Source: Camelus ferus (Eukaryota). From it: a DNA stretch of 64,000 nt. A program made the translations under genes and the position numbers. The DNA is taken from the NCBI RefSeq assembly GCF_009834535.1, contig NC_045697.1, positions 26,290,001 to 26,354,000 of the forward strand, read 5' to 3'. This document shows, piece by piece, positions 49,617-62,884 of the stretch (within the stretch, counting starts at the first letter, position 1; the number at the start of each line of letters is the position of its first letter). The notes under the pieces were generated by a model, which was not told the DNA's origin, did no database searches, and saw nothing but the letters and a program-made list of their open reading frames with translations.

Positions 49617-52600
49617 AGTCAGTTCAAGATGGCGATGTAGGAAAATCTAGAACTCACCTCATCCCATGGACACACCAAATCTACAGCTATATATAAAACA
49701 ACTTCCTCTGAAAAAAACCTGAAACTAGCTGAGCAACTCCTTCACATCAGGTAAATGAGGAAAAGTCCATATCGAAGTGGGTGGAAGAGGCTAATAAACA
49801 AATCCCACCCCTGGTGCAATGACTCACAATCAGAAGGAAACTCACAAACCTAACACCCTGAGGGGTATAAACCACACATCAGGCACCACAACTTCTAAGA
49901 CCTGCACCTGAACAATAAGCCCCCAAAATATCTGGCTTTGAAAAATTAACAGGGCCCACCCACATCTACAAGACCTAAAGTCCTAAGCAAACTGAGAAAG
50001 TCTCTCAAAGGGCTCACACATGGATGCATTCTTTTCAGGGCATAGCACAGACGCAGTCATTTGAAAAATGTTCAGGTTTTATGTGTAAGAGATTTGTTTG
50101 CTAATGATTTTCATGCTTTTTCTACCTTGCTAAAGCTAGTAGATGTCTTTTATTATTTTTTTATTCTAGACTTTTTTTTCCCTCAGTCAGTGCCATCTTT
50201 AGCCTCTAAATGGCAGGAACCACCTTCACTCTCTACCTCTGCCATACTCCAGAGAACCAGTTTCTCCTGAAGGGGAGCCTTTACGTACATCTGGGACCCC
50301 AGTATTTGCATCTAGTGACCCGGTGACCCGGTTTTAGCAGCTGCCACCCAGGGACACTTCTTGATCACTTGACTCTGAAGTCCAGGAAAGGCTTGTATTC
50401 CTAGACCCCATGGGACTGTAACAATTGGAGGGATAATTCTTGGCAGACTACCATGCCCAGGGAACTGCAGACGCCTATAAGCTTATCATTATAACTGCAG
50501 CCTGAGGCGCAGGTTTCTAATTAAACACACATCTAAGGACTGAGTATAAATCTTTCCAGAGCTCTTGGAGGGCAGGTGCCATCTTTGTGCTCCTCGTCTG
50601 CTTCACTACAGCTCACCAGAATCTCCCAGAAAGGAGCTTAAACCTGGAGCTGGAACCCTGGTTTTTGAGACTAACACTGAGGGGACACCTTTAGGTGGCT
50701 GGCTCTAGTGGCTAGTAGGGCTTATATCTGCAGCCTCACAGGACTGTACATATCTGAAAATTTAAAAATCTGCTGCCTGAGTGCCTAACTTCTAATCACC
50801 CTAAATCTAAGTTCTGACTGAGATCCTCTTCTTTGGAACACTGACATGTCTTGGCACAACCTCAACTACTGGGAGCTGTTTAAAATAAAGTAGTAGGACA
50901 AGGCTGCAATCACAAAGGTTTGAGAGATAATCAAGAGCTAGGGCAAGGTGGAATATTAAGGTTTATCTTCCATATGAGGCCACTCTTTCTAGACTGGTAG
51001 AGATGGCCATTTCATCTAGTGCATAGAAACTAACACAGAGAGTCAAGCAAAATGAGGAAACAGATGAATATTTTCTAAACAAAAGAACAAGATAAAACCT
51101 CAGGGGGAAATAGATAAGTAATTTACCTAATTAAGAATTTAAAGTAATGATCATAAAGATGCTCACTGAATGTGGGAGAAGAATGGATGAACACAGTGAG
51201 GCCTTCAACAAGATGATAGAAAAATATAAGAAAGCATCAAATAGAAGTCACAGAGCTGAAGAATACAATAACTGAACTGAAAAATACACTAGATGTTCAA
51301 AAGCAGACTAGATGAAGCAAAGAAAGATCACTGAATTCAAAGAGAGCAGTGGAACTCATTCAACCAGAGCAGCAAAAAGAAAAATGAAAAAAGTGAAGAT
51401 GGTTTAGGGACTTATGGGACAACATTAAGCATACTAATATTCACATTATAGGGGTCCTAGAAGGAGAAGAGAAAGAGAAAAGTGCAGAAAACTTATCTGA
51501 GTAAAAAATGACTGCAACTTCCCTATCTTGGGGAAAGAAACAAACATCTAGATACAGAAAGCCCACAGAATTCCAAATAACACAAATCCAAAGAGACCCT
51601 CACCAAGACACATTATAATTAAAATGTTAAAAGACAAGGAGAGAATCTTAATAGCAGCAAGAAAAAAACTACTTGTTATGTACAAGAGAACCACCATAAG
51701 ACTATAAGCAGATTTTCAGCATAAACTTTGCAGGCCAGAAGGGAGTGGCATGATGTATTCAAAACGCTAAAAGAGAAAAGTTTCCAGCCAAGAATACTCT
51801 ACACAGCAAAATTATCATTGAGAATTGAAGAAGAAATAGAGTTTCCCAGACAAACAAAAGCTAAAGGAGTTCATTACCATTAAATCAGCAGTACAAAAAA
51901 TGTTAAAGGGACTCTTTAAAGCTAGCAAAAGAGGACCAAAATTCAGTAAGAGAAAACATATGAAAGTATGAATCTCACCAAGATAAATAACTAGTAAAGG
52001 AAGTGTATCAATCACTTATAAAGCTAGTATGGAAGTTAAAAGACAAAAGAGGTGAAACTAACTGCAACCACAATAATTAGTTAAAGGATAACAAAATTTA
52101 AAGTGTAAAGGGCAGTATCAAAAACAAAATGGAGATGCAGAGCAAAAATGTAGTTTTAGAGTGTGTCCAAACTTAAGCTGCTGTCAAGTTAAAATAAATG
52201 GTTATAAATATAAATTGTTGTATGTAAGCCTCACAGTAACCACAAAGCAAAAACCTGTAGTATATACACAAAAAACGAGAAAGGCCAACAAGTTCATGGA
52301 AAAATGCTCAACTTCACTAATCATCAGGGAAATACAAATCAAAACCACAATGAGCTATATTACCTCACACCTGTTTGAATGGCTATTTAATGTAAAAGAG
52401 GTTGTGGAGAAAAGGGAATACTTACTTGTGCACTGTTGGTGGAAATGTAAATTGGTGCATCCACCATGGAAAATGGTATTCAGGTTCCTCAAAAATTAAA
52501 AATAGAACTACCATATGATCCAGCAATTCCACTTTTAAGTAGTTATTCAAACAAAGTAAAAACAATAACTCAAAAAGATATATACACCCTCATGTTCATT

Positions 52601-53240
52601 GCACCATTATTTACAACAGCCAAGATATGGAAATAACTTCAGTGCCCACTGATGGATAAATAGATAAAGAAAATATGATACACACACACACATACAATGG
52701 AATATTATTCAGTCATATAAATAATTTAGAATAAAATCCTGCCATTTGCAACAACATGAATGGACCTTGAGGGTATAAACATAAGTGAAATAAGTCAGGG
52801 ATAAAGACAAATACCATATGATCTCACTTATGTGGACTATAAAACAATTTTTAATTTAAAAAAGCTCATATATACAGAGAACAGGTTGCTGGAGGCGGGA
52901 GCTGGAGTTTGAGTAAAATGTGTGAAGGAGGTCAAAAGTTACACATTTTCTGTTATAAAATTAATAAATCACAGAGATGTAATGTACAGCATGGTGAGCA
53001 TAGTTAATGATACTGTGCATATCTGAAAGTTGCTAAGAGATTATATTGTAGAAGTTTTCATTAAAAGAAAAAAAACATTTTATATCGATGTATGGTGACA
53101 GATTTTTAAATAGATTTATTGTGGGAACCTTTTGCAATGTATACAAATCTTGAATCATTATGTGGTACACCTGAAACTAATATAATGTTATATGTCAATT
53201 TTACCTCAGTTAAAAATAAAATTTAAAAATTTTTAAAGAA
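49617..53240 (+). mobile_element. L1 (L1MA9-like) with 5'UTR, decayed ORF1 and 3'UTR but nearly all ORF2 missing
   Basis: ttcaagatggcg 5' start; ORF1 motifs (caccaagacacattataattaaaatg, caggccagaagggagtggcatg); jump at ~52283 to ORF2 C-terminus; A-rich tail; flanks GAAAAAAATCAG / GAAAAAAATTCAG. Confidence 0.85.
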
Positions 53241-54167
53241 GAAAAAAATTCAGGTAAACTTAAACCAATATGATACCTTCTCTATGCTATGAGTTTTCTA
53301 TGCCCTGAGAAAGCAAGACAAAATAAATACCAGTTTAATTTTATGTACTGTTATTTAAACATAAACATCCATGATATCATCTAACTTAAAATTTGGTGTT
53401 ATTGTAATAAAATAGTTCTGAATCTTACTTGTTTCATAAGGAAAATGTAATGTGATTTTCTAATTTTATTTAGATTTGAACAAAGTGTTACCTTGAATAA
53501 AAAAAAGCAAGACAAACAAACCTAAGACATCTTTCCAGCCCTCTAATGGGCACCCTGCTGGGATGCCACCCTTGTCTTTAAAGCCTCTGTCCATGGTCCT
53601 ATCATACATTCACCAGCTGCAACGGATTCCCTATGGAGCTCCAGCCTCAGAGTGCTGAGTTACATGTTGGGACTGCCTGCAGGGAAGGCCAGAGTCTGTT
53701 TTTCCCACATGCCACCTCTCCACATTAGCAGCTCTGTTCCTCTCAGACCTGTGCATTCTCCAGTGCTGGGATTAGTTTCACATGAGGACAGGCCTGCCAC
53801 TAGGACCCAGGAGCAGCTGTAGATGCATGTATCCCAGGGAAAGGAGCAGGAAGTCTGCCACAGGCTCTGAATTGGCTAGAGAACCTTCTAAAGCAGGCAC
53901 TGGAGTGAATCTCCCTGCTGCATCAGGGCATAGGGAGACTGGTGTGAGCACACAGGCCAAGATGCCCTCTCCAGGGAGCTCTCCAGGGCCTGCCTCTGCC
54001 CCAGGGACAGCTGTGCTGGCTTTGGCTCCTGGGGCCTCTGCAGCAGTTGTGCAGGCGAAGAGGGGTCTCAAACAGGAGTCAAGAGCTTCCTGAACAACTG
54101 TTCATTCCAACACCCCGCTTTCTCTCATTAAACATTTGGGGGAAAGCTTCCTCACAAAAGGATTTTT

Positions 54168-54475
54168 AGGGCAGTGAAACTACTCTGTATAATACTATAA
54201 TGATGGATATATGTCATTTACATTTGTCTAAACCCATAGAATATACAACACCAAGAGCAAACCCTAATGCAAACTATGGACTTTGAGAGTTTATGATGTG
54301 TCAATGTAGATTCATCAATTGTCACAAATGTACCATTCAGTGGGGAATACTGATAATGGGGGAGACTATGCATGCAAGGGGGAAGGAAGTAAATGGACAA
54401 TCTCTGTATCTTCTCAATTTTTCTGTGAGCTTAAAAGTGCTCTAAAAATAAAGTTTATTTAAAAATTATAAATAA
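54168..54475 (+). mobile_element. L1MC-like 3' end
   Basis: ggatttttagggcagtgaaactactctgtat...aaactatggacttt...ctctaaaaataaag. Confidence 0.8.
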
Positions 54476-55441
54476 AAGGAAAACATGGAAAAAAAGGTCT
54501 TTGCTTCACAGGTTCCTGGGACACTTGAACAAAACTCCTTGTAGTAGGTCTCTGCAGAGTCCCTCAGTTTTAAGCCAAAGTGCCCTGTTTTAGGTAAAAT
54601 ATTTTGCAATCAGATCTCAAACTCACGAGGCCTTCTTTATAGCCCTCTGTTTCATCTTCCTCCTGCCCTCAGACTTCAGCCTCTGTATTTTTCACAGAAA
54701 TCTTTACTTCCTATTCCTTCCTGGCAAATCTCAAACTCTCTTTTTATTTTACCCTATATACTAACAGCTCATTAAACACAGTCCAATTCATTCAGTTCAT
54801 AAGAACAATTGATTTCCTCCCAGGAGTAGAGGGAAATATTTACATTCTATTTTTCTAGTGTATCAAAGAAAAGAGAAGTTTTAAAAAATCACACAATTCT
54901 CCATAAAAATGGAATGGAATGCTTCCTTTCCCTCACTAACTATTCCGGTCCCTAACCAAGTTGTGCCTGCTTGGCTGTACACACAGATCAAATCTTAAAT
55001 CAATATGCTAATTTCTAATACTTCTGCCACTGCCCTAATCTAACTCACTACCATCTTTTACTTCTATCCCTGCATACTCAAATGAACAACCTTTTCTTCT
55101 TCCTTCATTTTTGAATCATTTGTCCTTAAAGAGACAGATGAGTTTTATATACTCAAAGAACAAGCAATCTTTGATCCATTATATGCTAGCTGTTGAGAAG
55201 GAATTATCTACCATGACTTTACCAGGCTGCCTTTTGTGGTAAGAGTCACTTGAGAGCAGTTAATTTGGTGTTATGGTGATAAAGAGGGAGAAGAGGGAAA
55301 ATATCTTAGCATTTCTCAGCAGCAAATGTCTTCCTAAATAACATAAAATATCAAAAGTGCAACAGTGACTCTGACTATTGTTGGAGCTCCTGAGGCATTT
55401 AAAATTTAAGTGCAAGGAGAGAGTGAAAGTCTTTCTGGACC

Positions 55442-55650
55442 TGTAGTTTTCATTTGTTGGAGATTTTGCAGCTGCAGGGGACATTTGGACAGAATGTCTG
55501 AAGACATTCTTGATTATCCAGGGGATGCTACTGGCACCTAGTAGGTAGAAGACAAGGTTGCTAATAAGCATACTGCAACATACAAGGCGGCCCTTTGCAG
55601 CAAAGAATTATCCAGCCCACAATGGTCAGAGTCACACTTGAGAAGCTCGG
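55442..55650 (+). mobile_element. MER20 DNA transposon
   Basis: ggggacatttgg...tctgaagacatt...ctactggcacctagtaggtaga...aaagaattatccagccc. Confidence 0.75.
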
Positions 55651-56110
55651 CTTTAGACCATCATCTATTCTACATATGATGAATCTAAACTTCAGGGTCT
55701 CAAAAGTCCAGAGAGAAGAGGGATTTTCCCTCCCTTCACAAAGTTATGCTCCTACCAAGACTTACAATCAAAATGTTCAATCTAAACTGCAGGAAAGACA
55801 TAGTTCTTACAGGAATCCAGGGAACTTTGAACATGATCACTAATTTCCTTTTATGACAATGCTAAGTCTCACTGCTTTCCTTCCGTAGAAAAAAAAATTA
55901 CCTAGAAATCAAAACCAAAGTGGCCTGATTTTAGGAGAAAGGGATCGCCAAGGGTTTTCTTAAATTAGTTTTCTCACAAGAAATCAAAGAACTCTGAGAA
56001 TTTGGAGCGTTCTTCTTCTGGAATATAAATAAAACTCATATAAGCCTCAGAGAATTTGAATCACCCACTCTTTGGCACCTAAAATTTCACTTGGACTAAC
56101 AGCATCTGTA

Positions 56111-56111
<1 letters not shown>

Positions 56112-56137
<26 letters not shown>
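56112..56137. repeat. (GT)n microsatellite
   Basis: About 13 GT units. Confidence 0.95.
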
Positions 56138-56141
<4 letters not shown>

Positions 56142-56149
56142 AACACCAC

Positions 56150-56660
56150 TAATAAGATCATATTACTCTCTTGCTTAAAACTCACCAATGGCTTCTCATT
56201 GCAATTCCAATACATCTCTCTTTCATCGTGCCTTTAAGACTCTACAGGATCAGCTCTTCTTACCATTCTAACCTTATCTTTTCCCTCTTTCCCTTTTGTC
56301 TCTACCTCAGGACTTTGAACTTATTCTTCCTGTAAAGGAAGTGCTACTTCCCCAGAGAATTTTATTCTTAGCTCCTTCTCATCATTCATTCAGGCCCTGG
56401 CAAAATGTCATCTCTTCAGAAAAAGATCATCCTATTTAAGGAAAGTCACCTCCGTGATTACCTATCATAGCCACTGTTTATTTCTTTCCTAACATTCAGA
56501 AAATCTAGAATTATTTATGCATTGTTTAATTGTTAAGTTTTTCCTCCTACTAAAATGTAATTTCTAAGAGGGCAGGATTACGTGTCTTGTTCTTGCTGTA
56601 TCTACTGCATCTAGAACAGCCGGTGGAATGCAATAGGTTTGTTAAGTGTATGAATGAATG
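56150..56660 (+). mobile_element. L2 3' region
   Basis: gatcatattactctcttgcttaaaact...ctacctcagggactttg...gagggcagga...gcatctagaacag...tgaatgaatgaa. Confidence 0.75.
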
Positions 56661-56869
56661 AAGTCAATGACAATAGCGAGAAAAGGGGAAGAGATCTTAG
56701 TGTGAAGATTCCAGGGCAATAGAAAAGGTTGGGGGGCAGAATAAGTCCTTGTGGGAACAAAGATGATCAAGTAAAGGGGTAAAAATGTTAGGAGTGACAT
56801 CTCTAAGGAGTCAGCCCTGAAACAACATACCAAACCACACACTACTTAATTCCGAGTGAGTGAAAAGAG

Positions 56870-57154
56870 GACTAGGAGAGATGTTGTTTAAGGGTACAAA
56901 CTTAGAAATAGTAGATACATAAGTCCTAGAGATCTAACACACAGTATAGGGAACACAGACAACAATGTAGTATTATAATCATCAAACTGGCTGAGACTAG
57001 ATTGTAATTCCCACCACACACACAAAAATGATAATTATGTGACATGACAGAAGTGATAACTGTAGCTATAATGACAGTCGTATTACAATGTATAATGAAT
57101 CAAATCCACATGTTCTACACCTTAAATTTACACAATGTAAAAAAAAAAAAAAAA
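56870..57154 (+). mobile_element. Short L1 3' end with poly-A tail
   Basis: aagggtacaaactt...tacaccttaaatttacacaatgt followed by A16. Confidence 0.75.
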
Positions 57155-57189
57155 CAGTGAAAACAATCTCTTCATTCTTTTAAGATTTC

Positions 57190-57375
57190 ATGCAACATTG
57201 TAACTTTGAGTTTATCACTGCCCATAACTCAATGACTTGGGTTTCTCCTCTGTAAAATGAGACAACAGAAGTATCTCATAGATAACATAATCTCATAGGA
57301 CTATTGTTAGGATTACATTGGATGTTAAAGGGTCTTATCACAAAGTCCGGCACCTAGATTTAATAATCATCATTA
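57190..57375 (+). mobile_element. MIR SINE
   Basis: gtttctcctctgtaaaatgag...ctcataggactattgttaggatta. Confidence 0.55.
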
Positions 57376-59387
57376 CTATTAGTCAGTGATATGGTTATTA
57401 ATGGTTTATTGCTGTTTGATTTCATTTAATTACCATCAGTAACAAAACCAAACAAGAAAATAAAGCCTTTTTTTTTTTTTTAAAGAAACCCAGAAGGAAC
57501 AGTGTGGCTGTTTCAAAAACATCAGCCTAGGGAGAAATTAGGGACTGGCACATTGCTCCAGGCAGAGGCAGAGCCAAGTGGAATATAATGAAGACGGAAG
57601 AGTTGTTTATGTCAGCAGAGAGGCAGAAGGCAGACAAATCTCTTGAGCCTGTGGGACGGAAGAGGGAAATGTAACCCAATGGACCTCTGAAGGTTTACTG
57701 TCCACAGAGGGGTAAAGAGCTGGTCTAGTGTTAATGTTGGTTGTGAGTGGAAAAGGAGAGAGATACTGAATTTGAGAAATTTTCCAGGGAAAGCAATAAC
57801 CAGAATTAGAAGCCAGCTCCATATTCGAAACAGAAAAATAAACTAGAAAAATGAACCTAAAAATATTTCAAAGGTTTGAAATATAAAAGCATTCTGGTCT
57901 TTTTAGTTCTTTCTTGAACTTTCCAATTTATCAATATATGTACCTCTCCATAGCACATACTTTTTCCTCCTCCTCTTTGTATGTTTTATTTTCTTCATCC
58001 AATTTCTTTTCCTTTCCCTCTTTTTCATTCTTCATCTTTTTTGACATTTTGAGGATGTTCTCAGATGGTTTCCATGGGGAATAGCTAAAGTGAGAGCCAC
58101 ATTCCCTTTCTAGAGGCACTTCTAACATGAGCTTCACGGCTTCTTGTGATTAAAATAATTAATCTTTATTTGCTTCAAAAAAGTCATGAGGCTGTAAGTG
58201 TCTCCCACAAGATTGTAAACAACTTGAAGTAAAAGCATGCGGTAACTGCTTTCCATCCCTGGTGCTGAGTATTGTGCTGCCTGACACTTTGACAGCATTT
58301 AATAAATATGTTGATATTAAATGAATAAGTAGTATTTATTTATTTTCAAAAGACCATTTACTAAAAGACCCAACACAAAATGCATGAAAAAGAAACCATT
58401 GGTATAGTGAAATGGAAGTAACTTTATTCAGTGGAATTCGTCATAGGGAACATCTTTAAAGGCACTTGAGGCAGAAGGTGAGAGCCAGAAGGAACCTGAG
58501 TATGGTCTGAACCAATCCTGGGAATGAAAGGAAAAGGAAGTGGAGGCAGAGGTGAGAATTGGTAGGGGGTGGAGACAATTTTGTGATCTGCCCATGCAGT
58601 ATGTCCTCTTCCTATGATCTTTCAAATCTCCAGCAAAATTTCTGAGTTCATGAAATGTCCAGGTAGATCTTTCATGGAAGCCAGTGAGAGATCAAATAGG
58701 TGGCATGTCTAACTGATGTTTGCATTACTCATTTGAGTATGGCAAACAAACAATGAAGTAGCAACCAAAAATTGAAACCATAAAGAGATAATACTTTTCT
58801 AATCAATTAACACTTAACAACTATTATTGTTTATTGATCTTTAGGTTATCAAAAGATGAACAGTCTCATACACTGGTATTGGTAATAAATATTGCTACCT
58901 CTTTTGAAAGTAAGTAGATCAAATACATCTTTTTTGAATATATAAAGTTCTTTGACCAGAAAATTCTACTTTAAGAAATCTACTCTAAATAAGCAATTGG
59001 AAATTAATAGAAGATAGTCTTTCTACCTGTAATGTTAAAAATTGAAGCTACCCAAATCTTTAACTTTAGAAATAGAAAATATCATGTATATTCACTCAAT
59101 ATTATACACCATTATAAATTCTTTGTATAAAAATTTTAATGACAAAGAAACATAAATATTATTTAAAGGCAATAAAAAAGAATAAGAAAAAATTAAATAT
59201 TGATTTTAAGCCTATTTCTATGTCTATAAAATGTATACTTATTTCTATACTTTCCAAATTGTATACAATGAGCAGTAAGAGAAAGAAAACAAGGATATAA
59301 AACTTTATGTAGATTCCTCCCTGGTCTCTAATAGCTTATCTAATGATAAAAACCAAGTGATGGCCCTAGGGGCACAGAGCACAACCA

Positions 59388-60457
59388 ATACCCACATCTT
59401 GGTTTCTAATACCCTTCTGCAACAGAAGGAACCGTGGCTCCTTGGAGAAATGGCTGACCTAGGACAGGAGCAAGGAATTCACAAGATGAGCCTGGAGCAT
59501 CTTGCGCCAACAAGTAAGGCAGTGCTAAAATAAATGTATGGGGATATGTGAAAGGGACACAGGAGTCAGTGAGAGCTGACTCAACAGCCAAAGCTAGAAC
59601 AATTTGAGAAACAAAATAGAGTAGTATTGGATTATAACCCAAAGAATACAATAAATATCCATGAGTCTATACTGATACAAATAAATGATCAAATAAATAA
59701 ATAAGTGGGGGAGAACAGAGAAGTATCCCTTGCAGAAGAATTCCAAACAATTGATATAGATACTCAGCCCTCACGAGAGACAGCATATGTCTCCAGACGT
59801 TAAGCATGGGCTGTGCGTAGTGACTTCCTTCCAGAGACTACAATACGGAAACAGGGAAAAGCGAGTAACTTCCTAGTGAAGAAACTTGATAAATGCTACA
59901 TCTACTAGGTGATTACGGTTAATAGTAATAGTGAAAAATCCTGGTGATACCATGTATCCTTGTTATGATATGATAAAAATGTCACTTTCCCCTCCAAAAA
60001 CTAGAACCCTAGTCTAATGAGAAGAAAAAAATCAGACAAATTAGAACAGAGAAGCACCCTACAAGATACCTGACCAATACTACAAAAACCTGCCAAGGCC
60101 ATCAAAAACAAAGAGTGTGAGAAACTTCACAGCCAATTGGAGCAGAAGGAGATGTAATAAGTAAACGTAAGATGATATCTTGGATGGGATCCAGAAACAG
60201 AGAAAGGACACTGGGTAAAACCTAAGGAAATCTGAATAAACCATGGACTTCAGGTAATAACGATGTATCACTAACATTATATCAACACTGATTCATTGTT
60301 TGTAAAAAAAAAAAAGAAACAGTACTATACCAATGCAAGATGTTAATAATGGGGGAAATTAGGTGAGGAAGGGGTCTATGGAAAATCTCAGTACTATCTT
60401 CTCAATTTTTCTATAAACTTAAAACTGTTCTAAAATACAAATTCTATTTAAAAAAAG
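59388..60457 (+). mobile_element. L1MD/L1MC-like 3'UTR
   Basis: acccacatcttggtttctaatac...gctccttggagaaatggctga...caagatgttaataatggggg...aaaactgttctaaaa. Confidence 0.8.
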
Positions 60458-60990
60458 ATGTGTAATTTTATGCAAAAATTATTTACCCAACTATCAAGTA
60501 TGATATATCTCAAAAGAAGCACCTTCCATTTATATTTTCTTAGGAAAATTCTAGAAAAAATGTTCTACCAAAGAGTTGCAAATAAGAAAGAGGAAAAATG
60601 GAATTTAAGACATAGGTGACAACAAATCAATTCCAAAGGTGATGGCATAAGAAAATCCTAAGACAAGTCTGAGTAGCCAGTGTAAACAGCAACCAGTCCA
60701 GACTTCAGCGGGAAGACAGAAGCAGAGATAGTAATAGGCATGGCTCCAAGCGAAAAAATTGATTTGTGACTTTATGTGTATGTGTGTATATAGAGAAAAA
60801 TTTACATTCACACAAATGATAGTTATATAGGAAATTAAGAAACAAAAACAATTTCAAATATAGGTAATTATTATCTATTAGGAAAAAAATTGTACAGAAA
60901 AGGAAATATGGATAATATTACAATAGTCACGATAATGTAAGAAAGTTTGACTTCAGTGAAAACTTACAGAAATGTCATCTAAAAGTAAGA

Positions 60991-61413
60991 CAGGTATTCC
61001 CAGCTTTTCCAAAGTTGGCTTTATGCCACTTGTGTTTACAAAAGACCTATATTAGTACCTGTTTTTGCTAACAAAAAGAAATCCGAAGAGGATTTTCACT
61101 TTAACGAAAAAAGACCAGAAGTGAAATAACGTTTAATGTTTGTTCTGCAGGAAGCCCTGATAGAGGGAGCACCCGCCTGGAGCAGAGAAGAGTGGCATCG
61201 CCAAATGCCTTCCTCAGGAACTACTCTCAACATCTGAGCATCCAGCTGCCAAAGCTTTGAACTGTGTCTGTAAGCATCTGTGCTTTATCTGGATTTATTT
61301 CGCGCATCCGTTAGCAAGCTGTCTCCTAAGGTGATTGCTTCTTCATTTTATGCTGTTTTGTTTTATGACAAATTTCATAGAATACTCTACTTTTGGACAG
61401 CAGGGGAAACCTG
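60991..61413. mobile_element. Tigger-type (Tc1/mariner) non-autonomous DNA transposon
   Basis: Terminal inverted repeats CAGGTATTCCC...GGGGAAACCTG; internal aaagaaatccgaagaggatttt. Confidence 0.7.
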
Positions 61414-61669
61414 ACACTAGATTTCAAATGTGGAGGAGGCATTTGGAGGAGATGTGTAGGGGACTGTAAGGGAGCTAAATCTTTTTCATTTCAGAAAATC
61501 AGATGCTGTACTTATTCTGTCTTTAATTTGTTCTTTTCCTAACTTCATAAAGTGAATGTTTAAACCATCGATTTTTAAACCTTTCTCTTTTTTTAACATG
61601 GTCATTTCCTTCTATAAATTTTCTTCTTAGTCCTGTTTTGGTGCATCTCATAATGTTTTTTAAATTATA

Positions 61670-62000
61670 TTTTTAAATTAGCATTTAGTAAAAGGATGTT
61701 TTGTAAACATCTAAGTCTACGAATTTTGACACATGAATAGATTCTTATATCAACCACCAGAATAAAGATATGAACAGTTCCATCACACTAAGAATACTTC
61801 AACATGGTATCTCCCATCATCCCTTTCCCTTGACTCCCAACCTCTGGTAACTACTGAACTGTTTTCCACAGTGGTAATTTTAATTTTTTGAAAATGTTAA
61901 ATAATGGAATCATGCAATTTGTAACCTTGTAAGGCTGGCTTCTTTCAGTCAGTACAATGCCTTTAAGATCCGTCTAGGTTGTTGCATGTATCATTCCTTG
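61670..62000 (-). mobile_element. Ancient L1 3' fragment
   Basis: aattttgacacatg...aacagttccatcac...ctggtaactactga...ggctggcttctttcagtcag. Confidence 0.7.
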
Positions 62001-62009
62001 TTGTCATGG

Positions 62010-62750
62010 AGTAAAAAAGGAAGATGCAGTTGACATCAACTAATTTTGGGAAGGCCAAGAGTAGAGCAGGTTTGAAGGAAAAAACCTGTTGTTTAGTATT
62101 AGATATGTTTAGTTTGAGATGTCCATTTGCCATCTGAGTGAAGATGTAGAGAAAGCTGTTGGATATTTGAGACTGCCTTATCTATTTATTCAAAGAGAGA
62201 AACATGTTCTCTCTATATAGATATGTATATATAGTAGAATATATCATAATATATATATATATGTGTGTAACTATGCACATATACACTGAAGACTGACACT
62301 TGAGGGAATTGAAAATTGAAAGGTAAATGAAAGAAGAAGGAATCAGAAAGAAGACTTAAAAATAGTGATCTCAAATGCAAGTGGGACCACAAGCGACTAT
62401 AGTTAGTTCAAATCTAAGTTAGGTGATTGTATCACAGAAGTGGAAGTTAATTACTTGCAAATTAAGAAGTATAAAGACTGAAAATTGAGCATTGGAATTA
62501 TCAATGAAACCTACTGATAACTTTAATCAGTACTGGTGGAATGCTGAAAACAAAAGCTTGATTTTAGAGAGAATGAGAGGGGTGAGATTTGGAAACCTCA
62601 AATAGAGTTTTGCTACAAAGGGAAATAAAGATACCTGGTTGTTACTCGGAGAAATTAGGACCAAAATAAGCTGCTGTTTTCCTTTAAGATTGGAGTGTTA
62701 CTGCATGTTTGTAAACTTTGGGAATAATGTGGTAGAGGAGGAAACTGGAG
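62010..62750 (-). mobile_element. Degenerate L2
   Basis: gatatgtttagtttgagatgtccattt..catctgagtgaagatgt..gttggatat; aagactgaaaattgagcattgga. Confidence 0.6.
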
Positions 62751-62784
62751 AGTACCTAAAATCGAAAAATGAATAACAGCAGTA

Positions 62785-62831
<47 letters not shown>

Positions 62832-62884
62832 ATAGATAGATAAATAGATAGATAAATAGATAGATAGATAAATAGATAAGTAAG
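62785..62884. repeat. Compound (TAAA)n(TAGA)n tetranucleotide microsatellite
   Basis: Directly visible, about 12 TAAA units followed by mixed TAGA/TAAA. Confidence 0.95.

Noticed and set aside
50230..50760. Diverged internal repeat in the L1 5'UTR
   Set aside because: Repeated units are an ordinary feature of L1 5'UTRs
53630..53790. Faint resemblance of ASEC..CL.REGQSLFF to a C-terminal RING motif (LRSAM1-like)
   Set aside because: Needs several frame changes and most Cys/His ligands are absent; not distinguishable from chance by eye
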